This document shows positions 17,135-24,452 of a stretch of DNA of 64,000 bases, piece by piece. The stretch is from Patescibacteria group bacterium. Lineage in GTDB: Bacteria; Patescibacteriota; Microgenomatia; CAYGWK01. Made by a program: the position numbers and the translations under genes. Position 1 is the first letter of the stretch. Each line of letters opens with the position of its first letter. Where the stretch lies: NCBI GenBank assembly GCA_049322615.1, contig JBMORX010000010.1, positions 89,416 to 153,415 on the forward strand, read 5' to 3'. The notes under the pieces are model-generated. The model had not been told where the DNA came from. It ran no database searches and was given only the letters and a program-made list of their open reading frames with translations.

Positions 17135-19678
17135 TTGCGATTAATGGACAAACGGATTAAATATGAGCCAGCAAAGATAGAACCTAAATGGCAAAAAAAA
17201 TGGGAGAGAGCCAAAATCTTCAAAGCCACGGATTTTGCCAAAAAGAAAAAATACTACGCCTTGGTTGAATTTCCTTATCCATCTGGTGAAGGTCTTCATC
17301 TTGGTCATGCTTTTACCTGCACCATTTTAGATATTTTTGCCCGAAAAAAAAGAATGAGCGGGGAAAATGTTTTGTATCCCATGGGCTGGGATGCCTTTGG
17401 TTTGCCGACGGAAAATTATGCCATTCGGACAGGGATTCATCCGGCGGTGGCGACTAAAAAAAATACTGATCAGTTTCGAGCCCAGATGAAACGCTTGGCT
17501 TTTGCCTACAACTGGGAGCGGGAGATAAACACCACCGACCCAAACTATTACAAATGGACCCAGTGGATTTTTATTCAGATGTTTAAGCATGGCTTGGCTT
17601 ATAAAGCGGAAACACCGGTTGGTTGGTGTCCTTCCTGCAAGATTATTTTAGCCAATGAGGAAATCGTTGGGGGAAAATGCGAGAGATGTGGAGCGGTGGC
17701 TGAATACCGAAGACAGAAACAATGGCTTTTGCAGATTACCGCTTATGCCGATCGCTTAATTGACGAGCTTGACTTGGTTGATTATCCGGATTATGTCAAG
17801 ACGGCCCAAATAAACTGGATTGGCAAAACTTCTGGAGTGGTCATTGAGTATCCGGTGGTCGGTTCCAATTTAACCATTTCCTGTTACAGCACCCGGCCAG
17901 ATACGAATTTTGGAGCCACTTTTGTCGCCATTGCTCCGGAGCATCCCATCCTTCGCCAATTAAAAATTTCCGCCTTTGGCGGGAAAAACGAAAAATTAAA
18001 AATTGATTTAGAGAAATATATCGAAATGGCAAAAAAGAAATCAGAACTGGAGCGGACTGAACTGGCGAAAGAGAAGACAGGCGTTTTTACTGGTAATTAT
18101 GCCCTAAACCAACTTTCGGGAAAGAAAATGCCAATTTATGTTTCTGATTTTGTGGTTTTGACAGCGGGGACGGGAATTGTGGTTGGCGTGCCTGCTCATG
18201 ATCAGAGAGACTTTGAGTTTGCCAAAAAATATAACTTGGAAATTATCCCGGTTGTTAAACCCAAGAAAGGGGAGTGGGATTTTGCCAAAGGTCCATTTTT
18301 GGATATTGATGAAGCCACGGTTTTTAATTCCGATTTCCTAAATGGTCTACCGGCTTTGGAGGCAAAAGAAAAAATAATTGATTATCTGATGAAGAAAGGC
18401 TGGGGCAAAAAGGCAACTAATTATCATCTTCGCGACTGGATTTTCTCTCGGCAGCACTATTGGGGCGAGCCGATCCCCATGATTTATTGTCCCACTTGTG
18501 CCAGAAAGGGAATAAAACCGGAGGTGTCAATAGGCGTCCACCTTAGAGGTGGACTAGATAGGACACCTCGGGAGATGGCGGGCTGGTTTCCTGTTCCCGA
18601 AGAAGATTTACCAGTTAAGTTGCCAAAAGTTGAAAGATATAAGCCTTCAGAGAGCGGCGAATCGCCCTTGGCGAAAATTAAAGAATGGGTAGAGGTGGCT
18701 TGCCCAAAGTGTGGCAAAGCCGCCCGAAGGGAGACCGATACCATGCCCAATTGGGCGGGTTCCTCGTGGTATTTTTTAAGATATTGCGACCCAAAAAATC
18801 AAAAATGTCTGGCTGACCCCAAAAAACTTAGGTACTGGATGCCAGTTGATATCTATCTGGGCGGCGCCGAGCATACCACCTTGCATCTTTTATATTCTCG
18901 CTTTTGGCATAAGTTTTTAAATGACATTGGGGTGGCGCCCGGTAAAGAGCCTTATGCCGCCCGTCGTCAGCATGGAGTAATCTTAGGTGAAGATGGTTTT
19001 CGGATGAGCAAGTCACGGGGGAATGTTATCAATCCCGATGAGGTGATTTCTCAATTCGGGGTCGATACCTTAAGAGTTTATTTAATGTTTATGGGACCAT
19101 ACGAGTCAACGATGCCCTGGAGCAGCGAGGGAGTTGAGGGTTGCTTTCGCTTTTTAAAACGAGTTTGGCAATTAGTTCAAGAGAAAGTTCGATCTTTTAA
19201 AACGCCCAAACACCTTGAGGTTTCCCTTCATCAAACGATTAAAAAGGTTTCTGAAAATATTGAGGATTTGAAGTTTAACACCGCCTTAGCCAGGATGATG
19301 GAGTTTGTGAATCAATGGTCTAAGCCGGGAATGTTTTTGAACAAGAAAGAGGCAAAAGTTTTCCTGCAGCTTTTAGCCCCTTTTGCTCCTTATTTAAGTG
19401 AGGAATTATGGAGTCGTTTAGGCGGAAAATTTTCTATCCATACTTCTGCTTGGCCAAAATATGATAAAAAATTGATTGAGGAGGAGATAGTGACGGTTAT
19501 AGTTCAGATAAACGGCAAACTCCGGGATAAAATAGAAATGGGAAGTGAGAAATGCGGAGTGAGAAGTGAGATTGAGAGATTGGCGAGGGAGAGCGAGAAA
19601 ATTAAAAAATATCTTGCGGGCAAAAAGATCAAAAAAGTCATCTTCGTCCCCGGAAAACTAATAAATTTTGTACTCTAG
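17135..19678 (+). CDS. leuS: Leucyl-tRNA synthetase.
   Basis: 847 aa with HIGH motif (HLGHAF), PMGWDAFGLP, and KMSKS (RMSKSRGN). The length fits bacterial LeuRS. Confidence 0.95.
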   Translation: MRLMDKRIKYEPAKIEPKWQKKWERAKIFKATDFAKKKKYYALVEFPYPSGEGLHLGHAFTCTILDIFARKKRMSGENVLYPMGWDAFGLPTENYAIRTGIHPAVATKKNTDQFRAQMKRLAFAYNWEREINTTDPNYYKWTQWIFIQMFKHGLAYKAETPVGWCPSCKIILANEEIVGGKCERCGAVAEYRRQKQWLLQITAYADRLIDELDLVDYPDYVKTAQINWIGKTSGVVIEYPVVGSNLTISCYSTRPDTNFGATFVAIAPEHPILRQLKISAFGGKNEKLKIDLEKYIEMAKKKSELERTELAKEKTGVFTGNYALNQLSGKKMPIYVSDFVVLTAGTGIVVGVPAHDQRDFEFAKKYNLEIIPVVKPKKGEWDFAKGPFLDIDEATVFNSDFLNGLPALEAKEKIIDYLMKKGWGKKATNYHLRDWIFSRQHYWGEPIPMIYCPTCARKGIKPEVSIGVHLRGGLDRTPREMAGWFPVPEEDLPVKLPKVERYKPSESGESPLAKIKEWVEVACPKCGKAARRETDTMPNWAGSSWYFLRYCDPKNQKCLADPKKLRYWMPVDIYLGGAEHTTLHLLYSRFWHKFLNDIGVAPGKEPYAARRQHGVILGEDGFRMSKSRGNVINPDEVISQFGVDTLRVYLMFMGPYESTMPWSSEGVEGCFRFLKRVWQLVQEKVRSFKTPKHLEVSLHQTIKKVSENIEDLKFNTALARMMEFVNQWSKPGMFLNKKEAKVFLQLLAPFAPYLSEELWSRLGGKFSIHTSAWPKYDKKLIEEEIVTVIVQINGKLRDKIEMGSEKCGVRSEIERLARESEKIKKYLAGKKIKKVIFVPGKLINFVL

Positions 19679-19689
19679 TTTGCCCCCTT

Positions 19690-19720
19690 TTCTTAATTAC
19701 TGTGCCGTAATTAAGAAATC
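19690..19720. promoter_or_regulatory. Perfect inverted repeat CTTAATTAC-TGTGCC-GTAATTAAG (operator-like), copy 1. It is downstream of leuS and upstream of the TrpR-like gene.
   Basis: 9-bp arms with a 6-bp spacer. A second full copy lies at 20232-20262, and a half-site overlaps a TTGACT promoter-like box at 19742-19765. Confidence 0.5.
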
Positions 19721-19771
19721 AAGGAAAATTGCCCCTTGACTTAATTACTGTGCCGTATTTAAAGTAGAGCT

Positions 19772-20230
19772 ATGACAAAGCTTTCAAGATGGAAGGTGGA
19801 GCCGGAGAAAATGAACCTTTTCCTTGACGACTTTTGGTCGGCAGTGGCTTCGCTGGAATCAAAAGAGGAGGCGAGAATGTTTTTCAATCAGTTTTTAACC
19901 CATACAGAACGGAAGATGTTTGCCAAGAGATTTCAGATCGTGATGATGCTTCTTTTGGGTTACGATTATGCAACGATTAAAAATCGAGTTCGCGTTACCG
20001 ACCCCACCATTGCCAAAATGAACAACTGGATTGAAGAGAATAGAGAAGCCCTAATAAAAGTGGCTCAAAGAATTCTTTCCCTTAAAAAGAAAAAGGGTGA
20101 AGAAACTGAAGGGAGGGGGAATGGTGGACATATGCGTGGGGATTTGCTTTCCTCGGTAGTCAGCGAAGTCTCTAACATGGTGATTAGATCAGCGGCAAGA
20201 AGGAAAAAGAGATCCTCGCTTGCTAAATAA
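19772..20230 (+). CDS. TrpR-like (YerC/YecD family) DNA-binding protein.
   Basis: FLDDFWSAVASLESKEEARMFFNQFLTHTERKMFAKRFQIVMMLLLGYDYATIKNRVRVTDPTIAK matches the YerC/YecD Trp-repressor-like family, from memory. Confidence 0.55.
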   Translation: MTKLSRWKVEPEKMNLFLDDFWSAVASLESKEEARMFFNQFLTHTERKMFAKRFQIVMMLLLGYDYATIKNRVRVTDPTIAKMNNWIEENREALIKVAQRILSLKKKKGEETEGRGNGGHMRGDLLSSVVSEVSNMVIRSAARRKKRSSLAK

Positions 20231-20231
20231 T

Positions 20232-20262
20232 TTTTCTTAATTACTGTGCCGTAATTAAGAAA
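20232..20262. promoter_or_regulatory. Operator-like inverted repeat, copy 2 (TTCTTAATTACTGTGCCGTAATTAAGAA).
   Basis: Identical to copy 1. It sits between the TrpR-like gene and comEA. Confidence 0.5.
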
Positions 20263-20269
20263 ACAACGG

Positions 20270-20905
20270 ATGGAAGAGATTGATGTTAAATTAACTAACA
20301 AGGATATTGAGGGAAGATTTAATTGGGAGGCTTTCATTGAGAAACATAAGATTTCCTTAATTTTTGGACTTTTGGGATTGATTTTGGTGGGAGGTGGGTT
20401 CCTGCTTATTTTAAAACTGGGTCAGCCGGAAGATAAGATCGAGATTATTTCTTCGGAAACCTCCTCGGACACAATCCTGGCTGATATCGAAGGAGCGGTG
20501 CAAAAACCCGGAGTTTACAAACTTCAAACTGGCAGTCGACTTCAGGATTTGCTCGTGGCTGCTGGTGGACTCTCTTTAGAGGCGGATAGAAACTGGGCTG
20601 AGAAAATGCTTAATCGAGCGGAGAAGTTGACTGACGGAAAAAAAGTCTATATTCCGAAAAAAGGAGAAGCCCCACTTCGCCCTTCGGGCTCCGTTGGGGG
20701 CACGGGAAGCATTGGCGAGGGTAAGCAGGTAAACATTAATACCGCCAGCCAGTCCGAGCTGGAATCTCTTCGGGGAATCGGACCGGTAACGGCTCAAAAA
20801 ATTATTGATAGCCGTCCATACCGAGAAGTATCTGACCTCTTGACAAAAAAGATTTTAAAAAGTAATGTTTATCAGAGAATAGAGAATCAGTTAACAGTAT
20901 ACTAG
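20270..20905 (+). CDS. comEA: ComEA-like competence protein (membrane anchor plus C-terminal helix-hairpin-helix DNA-binding domain).
   Basis: N-terminal TM, then VNINTASQSELESLRGIGPVTAQKIIDSRPY (HhH). Confidence 0.75.
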   Translation: MEEIDVKLTNKDIEGRFNWEAFIEKHKISLIFGLLGLILVGGGFLLILKLGQPEDKIEIISSETSSDTILADIEGAVQKPGVYKLQTGSRLQDLLVAAGGLSLEADRNWAEKMLNRAEKLTDGKKVYIPKKGEAPLRPSGSVGGTGSIGEGKQVNINTASQSELESLRGIGPVTAQKIIDSRPYREVSDLLTKKILKSNVYQRIENQLTVY

Positions 20906-20918
20906 AATTGGAGATTAG

Positions 20919-21068
20919 TGGCTCGGGTAGGAATTTGTTGTTCGGTTTCGTCATGGCATCCCCCTTCGGGGGTCGCCCTCGGATTCAAGGTTTCAAAACT
21001 CAAGTTGTGTTCCGGAGTCCTCGGGCTTGCCAGGTGAAACCTTCACAAAAATTCTACCCTCGCCCTTA
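20919..21068 (+). repeat. R-element copy 1. This is a ~150-nt structured intergenic repeat with a closing helix P1 (GGGTAGGAATT/AATTCTACCC), the conserved TTGTTG.TCGGTTTC and AAACTCAAGTTGTGTTCC boxes, two variable hairpins, and the tail CCTCGCCCTTA.
   Basis: It aligns with the copies at 22306, 22529, 32621, 35128 (divergent) and 39995 (partial). The helix pairs differ in sequence but stay complementary. Confidence 0.7.
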
Positions 21069-21137
21069 TATGTTATGAATTTTTGCGTTTCTGCTTATTT
21101 TGCGTTTTTGCGTTTGCAAAGGAGGTGAGAAATATGT

Positions 21138-22301
21138 GTGATGACTGCAGAGAACACCATCCAGAACTTTATAATCCGGATGGGACCAGGAAAGAACAAC
21201 CCAAAGAAGAGGGTGAGCAACCAGCAGAAGAGTAAACTAAACTGGTTTTTGTTTTTGGTCTTTCTTTCTCTTTTGTTTCTATTGCGGCTTGGGACTTTTC
21301 TTAAGCCGCAATTTGTTTCCGGGACAAAAATTAAAATTACTGGAACCTTGCATCAGGAACCGAAAAGAACTGGTGGGCTGCAGAGGTTTTCTCTCGCTGG
21401 AATAAAAATCACCACCTGGAGATATCTGGAATATCATTATGGCGATAGGCTGGAGGCGGTGGGAATAGTCAAAGAGAACAATCTTGAGTTGCCTGAGATT
21501 AAGAAAGAAGAAAGAAGGGCGGAGAGAGGAGTTTTATTTTGGATTTACAGACTCCGGCAAAAAATTGAGGAAATTTACCGGCGGACCCTTCCTGAACCCC
21601 AGGCCAGCTTACTTTCGGGCGTTGTTTTGGGTTCGAAATCGGGGATGCCAGCCGATTTTTATGAAGCCTTGCGAAAAACTGGCACTCTCCATGTTGTCGT
21701 GGCTTCGGGCATGAATGTTTCTATTTTAGCCGGCACCTTGGTTTCTTTTTTAATTTTATTTATTTCCCGAAAGAAAGCTGTTATTTTAAGTTCTATTTTG
21801 ATATGGTTTTATGTGCTTTTGGCAGGAGGGGAGGCACCAGTGGTAAGGGCAGGGATTATGGGAACCCTGGCTTTTTTAGCTCAAGGGTTAGGTCGGGAAG
21901 AAGATGCTTGGCGGGGATTGGGGTTGGCCGCCGGGATTTTACTGTTTTTAAATCCTTTAAATATTACAGATTTAGGCTTTCAACTTTCTTTTTCGGCGAC
22001 TTTTGGAATTTTATTCTTCGGACCCCTGTTTAGCAGATTATTTGCTAGACTGCCAAAACAGATTCGTTCTGATTTAAGCCAAACTTTGGCAGCCCAAATT
22101 GTAACTTTACCAATTATAATTTTGAATTTTGGTTATTATTCTGCCCTTTCACCCTTGGTTAATGTTTTGGTGGTTTTCGTTTTGCCTTGGATTATGAGAT
22201 TGGGAATTTTGGTGGCGGTTGGCGGTCAAATTTTTGCCTGGCTGACTTTGCCTTTTTTGACTTATTTTGTCTGGGTTGTAAAATTGTTTTCAAGGATTTA
22301 A
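21138..22301 (+). CDS. comEC: ComEC/Rec2 competence channel domain (membrane part). The start is probably downstream of 21138.
   Basis: TGTLHVVVASGMNVSILAG...GGEAPVVRAGIMGTLAFLAQGLGRE... matches the ComEC competence domain. The ORF ends at the first R2/R3 element. Confidence 0.75.
   Translation: MMTAENTIQNFIIRMGPGKNNPKKRVSNQQKSKLNWFLFLVFLSLLFLLRLGTFLKPQFVSGTKIKITGTLHQEPKRTGGLQRFSLAGIKITTWRYLEYHYGDRLEAVGIVKENNLELPEIKKEERRAERGVLFWIYRLRQKIEEIYRRTLPEPQASLLSGVVLGSKSGMPADFYEALRKTGTLHVVVASGMNVSILAGTLVSFLILFISRKKAVILSSILIWFYVLLAGGEAPVVRAGIMGTLAFLAQGLGREEDAWRGLGLAAGILLFLNPLNITDLGFQLSFSATFGILFFGPLFSRLFARLPKQIRSDLSQTLAAQIVTLPIIILNFGYYSALSPLVNVLVVFVLPWIMRLGILVAVGGQIFAWLTLPFLTYFVWVVKLFSRI
22261..22291. 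repeat. 31-nt direct repeat CTTATTTTGTCTGGGTTGTAAAATTGTTTTC, copy 1 (the 3' end of the comEC-N ORF).
   Basis: An identical copy lies at 22489-22519. The pair brackets R-element copy 2. Confidence 0.85.
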
Positions 22302-22305
22302 CTTT

Positions 22306-22456
22306 GGCTCGGAGACGAACGTTTTGCTTGAGTTTAGAGATGACGTCCGATTAAATCGGACACGGCCTGCTTAGATGAAGATTTTAAGACTCAAGTTGTG
22401 TCCCGGGAGGCGCAGGCCTGTCACATTAAACTCTGCGCAAAAGTTGTCTCCTCGCC
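22306..22456 (+). repeat. R-element copy 2 (P1 is GGAGACGAAC/GTTGTCTCC).
   Basis: ggctcggagacgaacgttttgcttgagtttagagatgacgtccgattaaatcggacacggcc...aaactcaagttgtgtcccgggaggcgcaggcctgtcacattaaactctgcgcaaaagttgtctcctcgcc. Nearly identical to copy 4 at 32621. Confidence 0.75.
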
Positions 22457-22488
22457 ATCTTTAGAAGAAAAATTTATTTAATTTTTAT

Positions 22489-22519
22489 CTTATTTTGTCT
22501 GGGTTGTAAAATTGTTTTC
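22489..22519. repeat. 31-nt direct repeat, copy 2.
   Basis: Identical to 22261-22291. Confidence 0.85.
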
Positions 22520-22528
22520 GTAGGGATG

Positions 22529-22740
22529 TGGCTCGGGAATGAATTTGTTGCTTGGATTTAGTGATGGCTCCCGCCAATTAGGCGGGACCAGCTCGCGACT
22601 GGGTAATTCGAAACTCAAGTTGTGTTCCAGGGGGTCGCGGCTTGGAACGTCAGACGTTCCTTGCCACTTAAATCCGGCGCAAAAATTATTCCCTCGCCCT
22701 TAATTTCTTAATATCTTAGTCTCTTAATATCTTTTATTTT
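22529..22740 (+). repeat. R-element copy 3 (P1 is GGGAATGAATT/AATTATTCCC) plus the 3' tail CCTCGCCCTTAATTTCTTAATATCTTAGTCTCTTAATATCTT, which runs up to the ATG at 22741.
   Basis: Shares the same boxes. The tail is shared with copy 4 (32770-32811), which ends at the mreB ATG. Confidence 0.7.
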
Positions 22741-23622
22741 ATGAATCAAAAATTCAAATATTTCCTGGCTGTTTTAGGGTTAATCGCTGCTTTGTTGGCT
22801 GGAGCGATAACTTCCTTTCCCGACCAAAATCTTCATCTTGTCTTCTGTGATGTTGGTCAGGGAGATGCCACTCTTTTGGTTCGGGGGACAACCCAAGTTC
22901 TGGTTGATGGTGGTCCTTCGGATAAAGTCTTGGGCTGTCTTTCAAAACACTTGCCTTTTTGGGATAGAGATTTGGAGATGGTCATTTTAACTCACCCAGA
23001 ATCTGATCACCTAACTGGCTTGGTCTCTGTTATAGAAAGATATGGTGTGAAGCAGTTAATCAGTAATTCGCTGCTTGCCGATAGTGGGGTTTTTAGCAAA
23101 TTTAGGGAAAAAGTGATAGAAGAGAAAATTCCGGTTTTCTCCCCGAAATCTGGAGACAAAATTAAAATTGGCAACCTGGAAATTAAGATTTTATATCCTT
23201 TGGAGAAATTGGGAGAGGAAATTGTCTGGAAATCTTCGGAAACCCCCCAAGTTTTAGGGATTTCAACCTATCCTGGCAATTTTAATGAGACCGCCATCGT
23301 CTCCGAGATAAATTTTGGGAATTTCAAAGTTCTTTTAACCGGAGATATTGGGGTGGAGGAAGAAAATCAGCTTCAGACTGAGCCTGTCGAAGTCTTGAAA
23401 GTCGCTCATCATGGCAGCAAATACTCAACTTCTCAAGAATTCTTAGAGAAAATCTCGCCAGAACTGGCAATAATTTCCGTTGGCGCTACCAACCGCTACG
23501 GTCACCCGGCAAACGAAGTGCTGAAGAGATTAAGAAATTTAGATATTAAGATATTAAGAACAGACTTAGATGGGGAGATTGAGATTATAAGCGACGGAAA
23601 GGGTTGGAAGGTTAGAGATTAA
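22741..23622 (+). CDS. comEC: ComEC C-terminal metallo-beta-lactamase-fold domain, as a separate ORF.
   Basis: HLVFCDVGQGDATLLVRGTTQVLVDGGP...ILTHPESDHLTGL (MBL HxHxDH motif). The 440-bp gap back to the channel ORF is filled by R2 and R3. Confidence 0.75.
   Translation: MNQKFKYFLAVLGLIAALLAGAITSFPDQNLHLVFCDVGQGDATLLVRGTTQVLVDGGPSDKVLGCLSKHLPFWDRDLEMVILTHPESDHLTGLVSVIERYGVKQLISNSLLADSGVFSKFREKVIEEKIPVFSPKSGDKIKIGNLEIKILYPLEKLGEEIVWKSSETPQVLGISTYPGNFNETAIVSEINFGNFKVLLTGDIGVEEENQLQTEPVEVLKVAHHGSKYSTSQEFLEKISPELAIISVGATNRYGHPANEVLKRLRNLDIKILRTDLDGEIEIISDGKGWKVRD
23530..23558. repeat. Partial copy (inverted) of the CTTAATATCTTAATATC element, in frame within the comEC-C ORF (encodes LRNLDIKILRT).
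   Basis: gaaatttagatattaagatattaagaac. The reverse complement shares 18 nt with the 33-nt element in rnhB and fmt. Confidence 0.6.
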
Positions 23623-24104
23623 TTTTCCTGACGGAATTGCCGGCGTTTTTTGAAAAGATTCTCGCGGAAGCCGCCCTCTCGGATAAATTTTTTTCTTAGG
23701 GATTCGATTTGTTTTTCTAAAAGATAGGTGGTTCTCTGACAAAGCATTATCATAAGATTGGCCGCTAGCTCTGGATTGTGGGGGATATGGGGGAATTGGG
23801 GGAGATGGGGGAAGGGTTCCCTCACCACCCTCAAATCCCTCAACTTCCTCATTCTCGGGTCGTCTTTTGACCAAATTTCCAATCCTCTTTGTCTTAAGAA
23901 ATCCTCATAGTCTTCTTCTAATTCTTTAATTGACCCTTTAGAAATACCTAAGAATTTAATATAGCCCTCTAATTCATATCCTTCGACGATGTCTTGTTTT
24001 CCAGATCTTCCTGCTTGTGTCATCTGGTCTCTTTGGCGAAGGAGCTCGCGTCCAGGTAAAAATTTAGGACAGAATTCAGTGGTTAAGTCGTATATTTTAG
24101 ACAA
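23619..24104 (-). CDS. Four-helix-bundle protein with C-terminal suffix (161 aa).
   Basis: RDQMTQAGRSGKQDIVEG...EEDYEDFLRQRGLEIWSKDDPR...EGGFRENLFKKRRQFRQEN. Paralog of 6840..7490 and 30651..31241. Confidence 0.55.
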   Translation of the reverse strand: MSKIYDLTTEFCPKFLPGRELLRQRDQMTQAGRSGKQDIVEGYELEGYIKFLGISKGSIKELEEDYEDFLRQRGLEIWSKDDPRMRKLRDLRVVREPFPHLPQFPHIPHNPELAANLMIMLCQRTTYLLEKQIESLRKKFIREGGFRENLFKKRRQFRQEN

Positions 24105-24124
24105 AAATAATTTGGAGGTTTTTA

Positions 24125-24379
24125 TCAGAGATGTCCGTTGGGGTGGAAGTCAAGGGCGGTGTAGATAATTTCCGCATCTTCCCAATCCCGGCAGCATAAT
24201 TGGTGCTCTTCTTCTGGGTTTTGAGAATGGTGTCGGCGTTCAGCAAGTTTATTGGCAATTATATTGATTTCTGCTTCATCTTCCGGGGTCCAGGGACCAT
24301 GAGCCCGCATTTTCTCTTCTATAATCTCTCCCACCGAGCGGAGGGCAGAATCCTTTCCTTTGGGAGCTTCAATTGACAT
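24125..24379 (-). CDS. Hypothetical small protein (84 aa).
   Basis: ORF only, no recognisable motif. Confidence 0.3.
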   Translation of the reverse strand: MSIEAPKGKDSALRSVGEIIEEKMRAHGPWTPEDEAEINIIANKLAERRHHSQNPEEEHQLCCRDWEDAEIIYTALDFHPNGHL

Positions 24380-24452
24380 CTTTTGATGTAGTATTAATAC
24401 TAGAGAAAGAAACCATTGTTTGTCAAGAGGGAGGGTGATATAATCAAGAAAA

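Noticed and set aside
20919-22740. Hammerhead or another small self-cleaving ribozyme as the identity of the R elements.
   Set aside because: No CUGAUGA...GAAA core in the right arrangement. The elements show conserved multi-helix structure but no recognisable ribozyme catalytic core by eye. I left them as an uncharacterised structured repeat.
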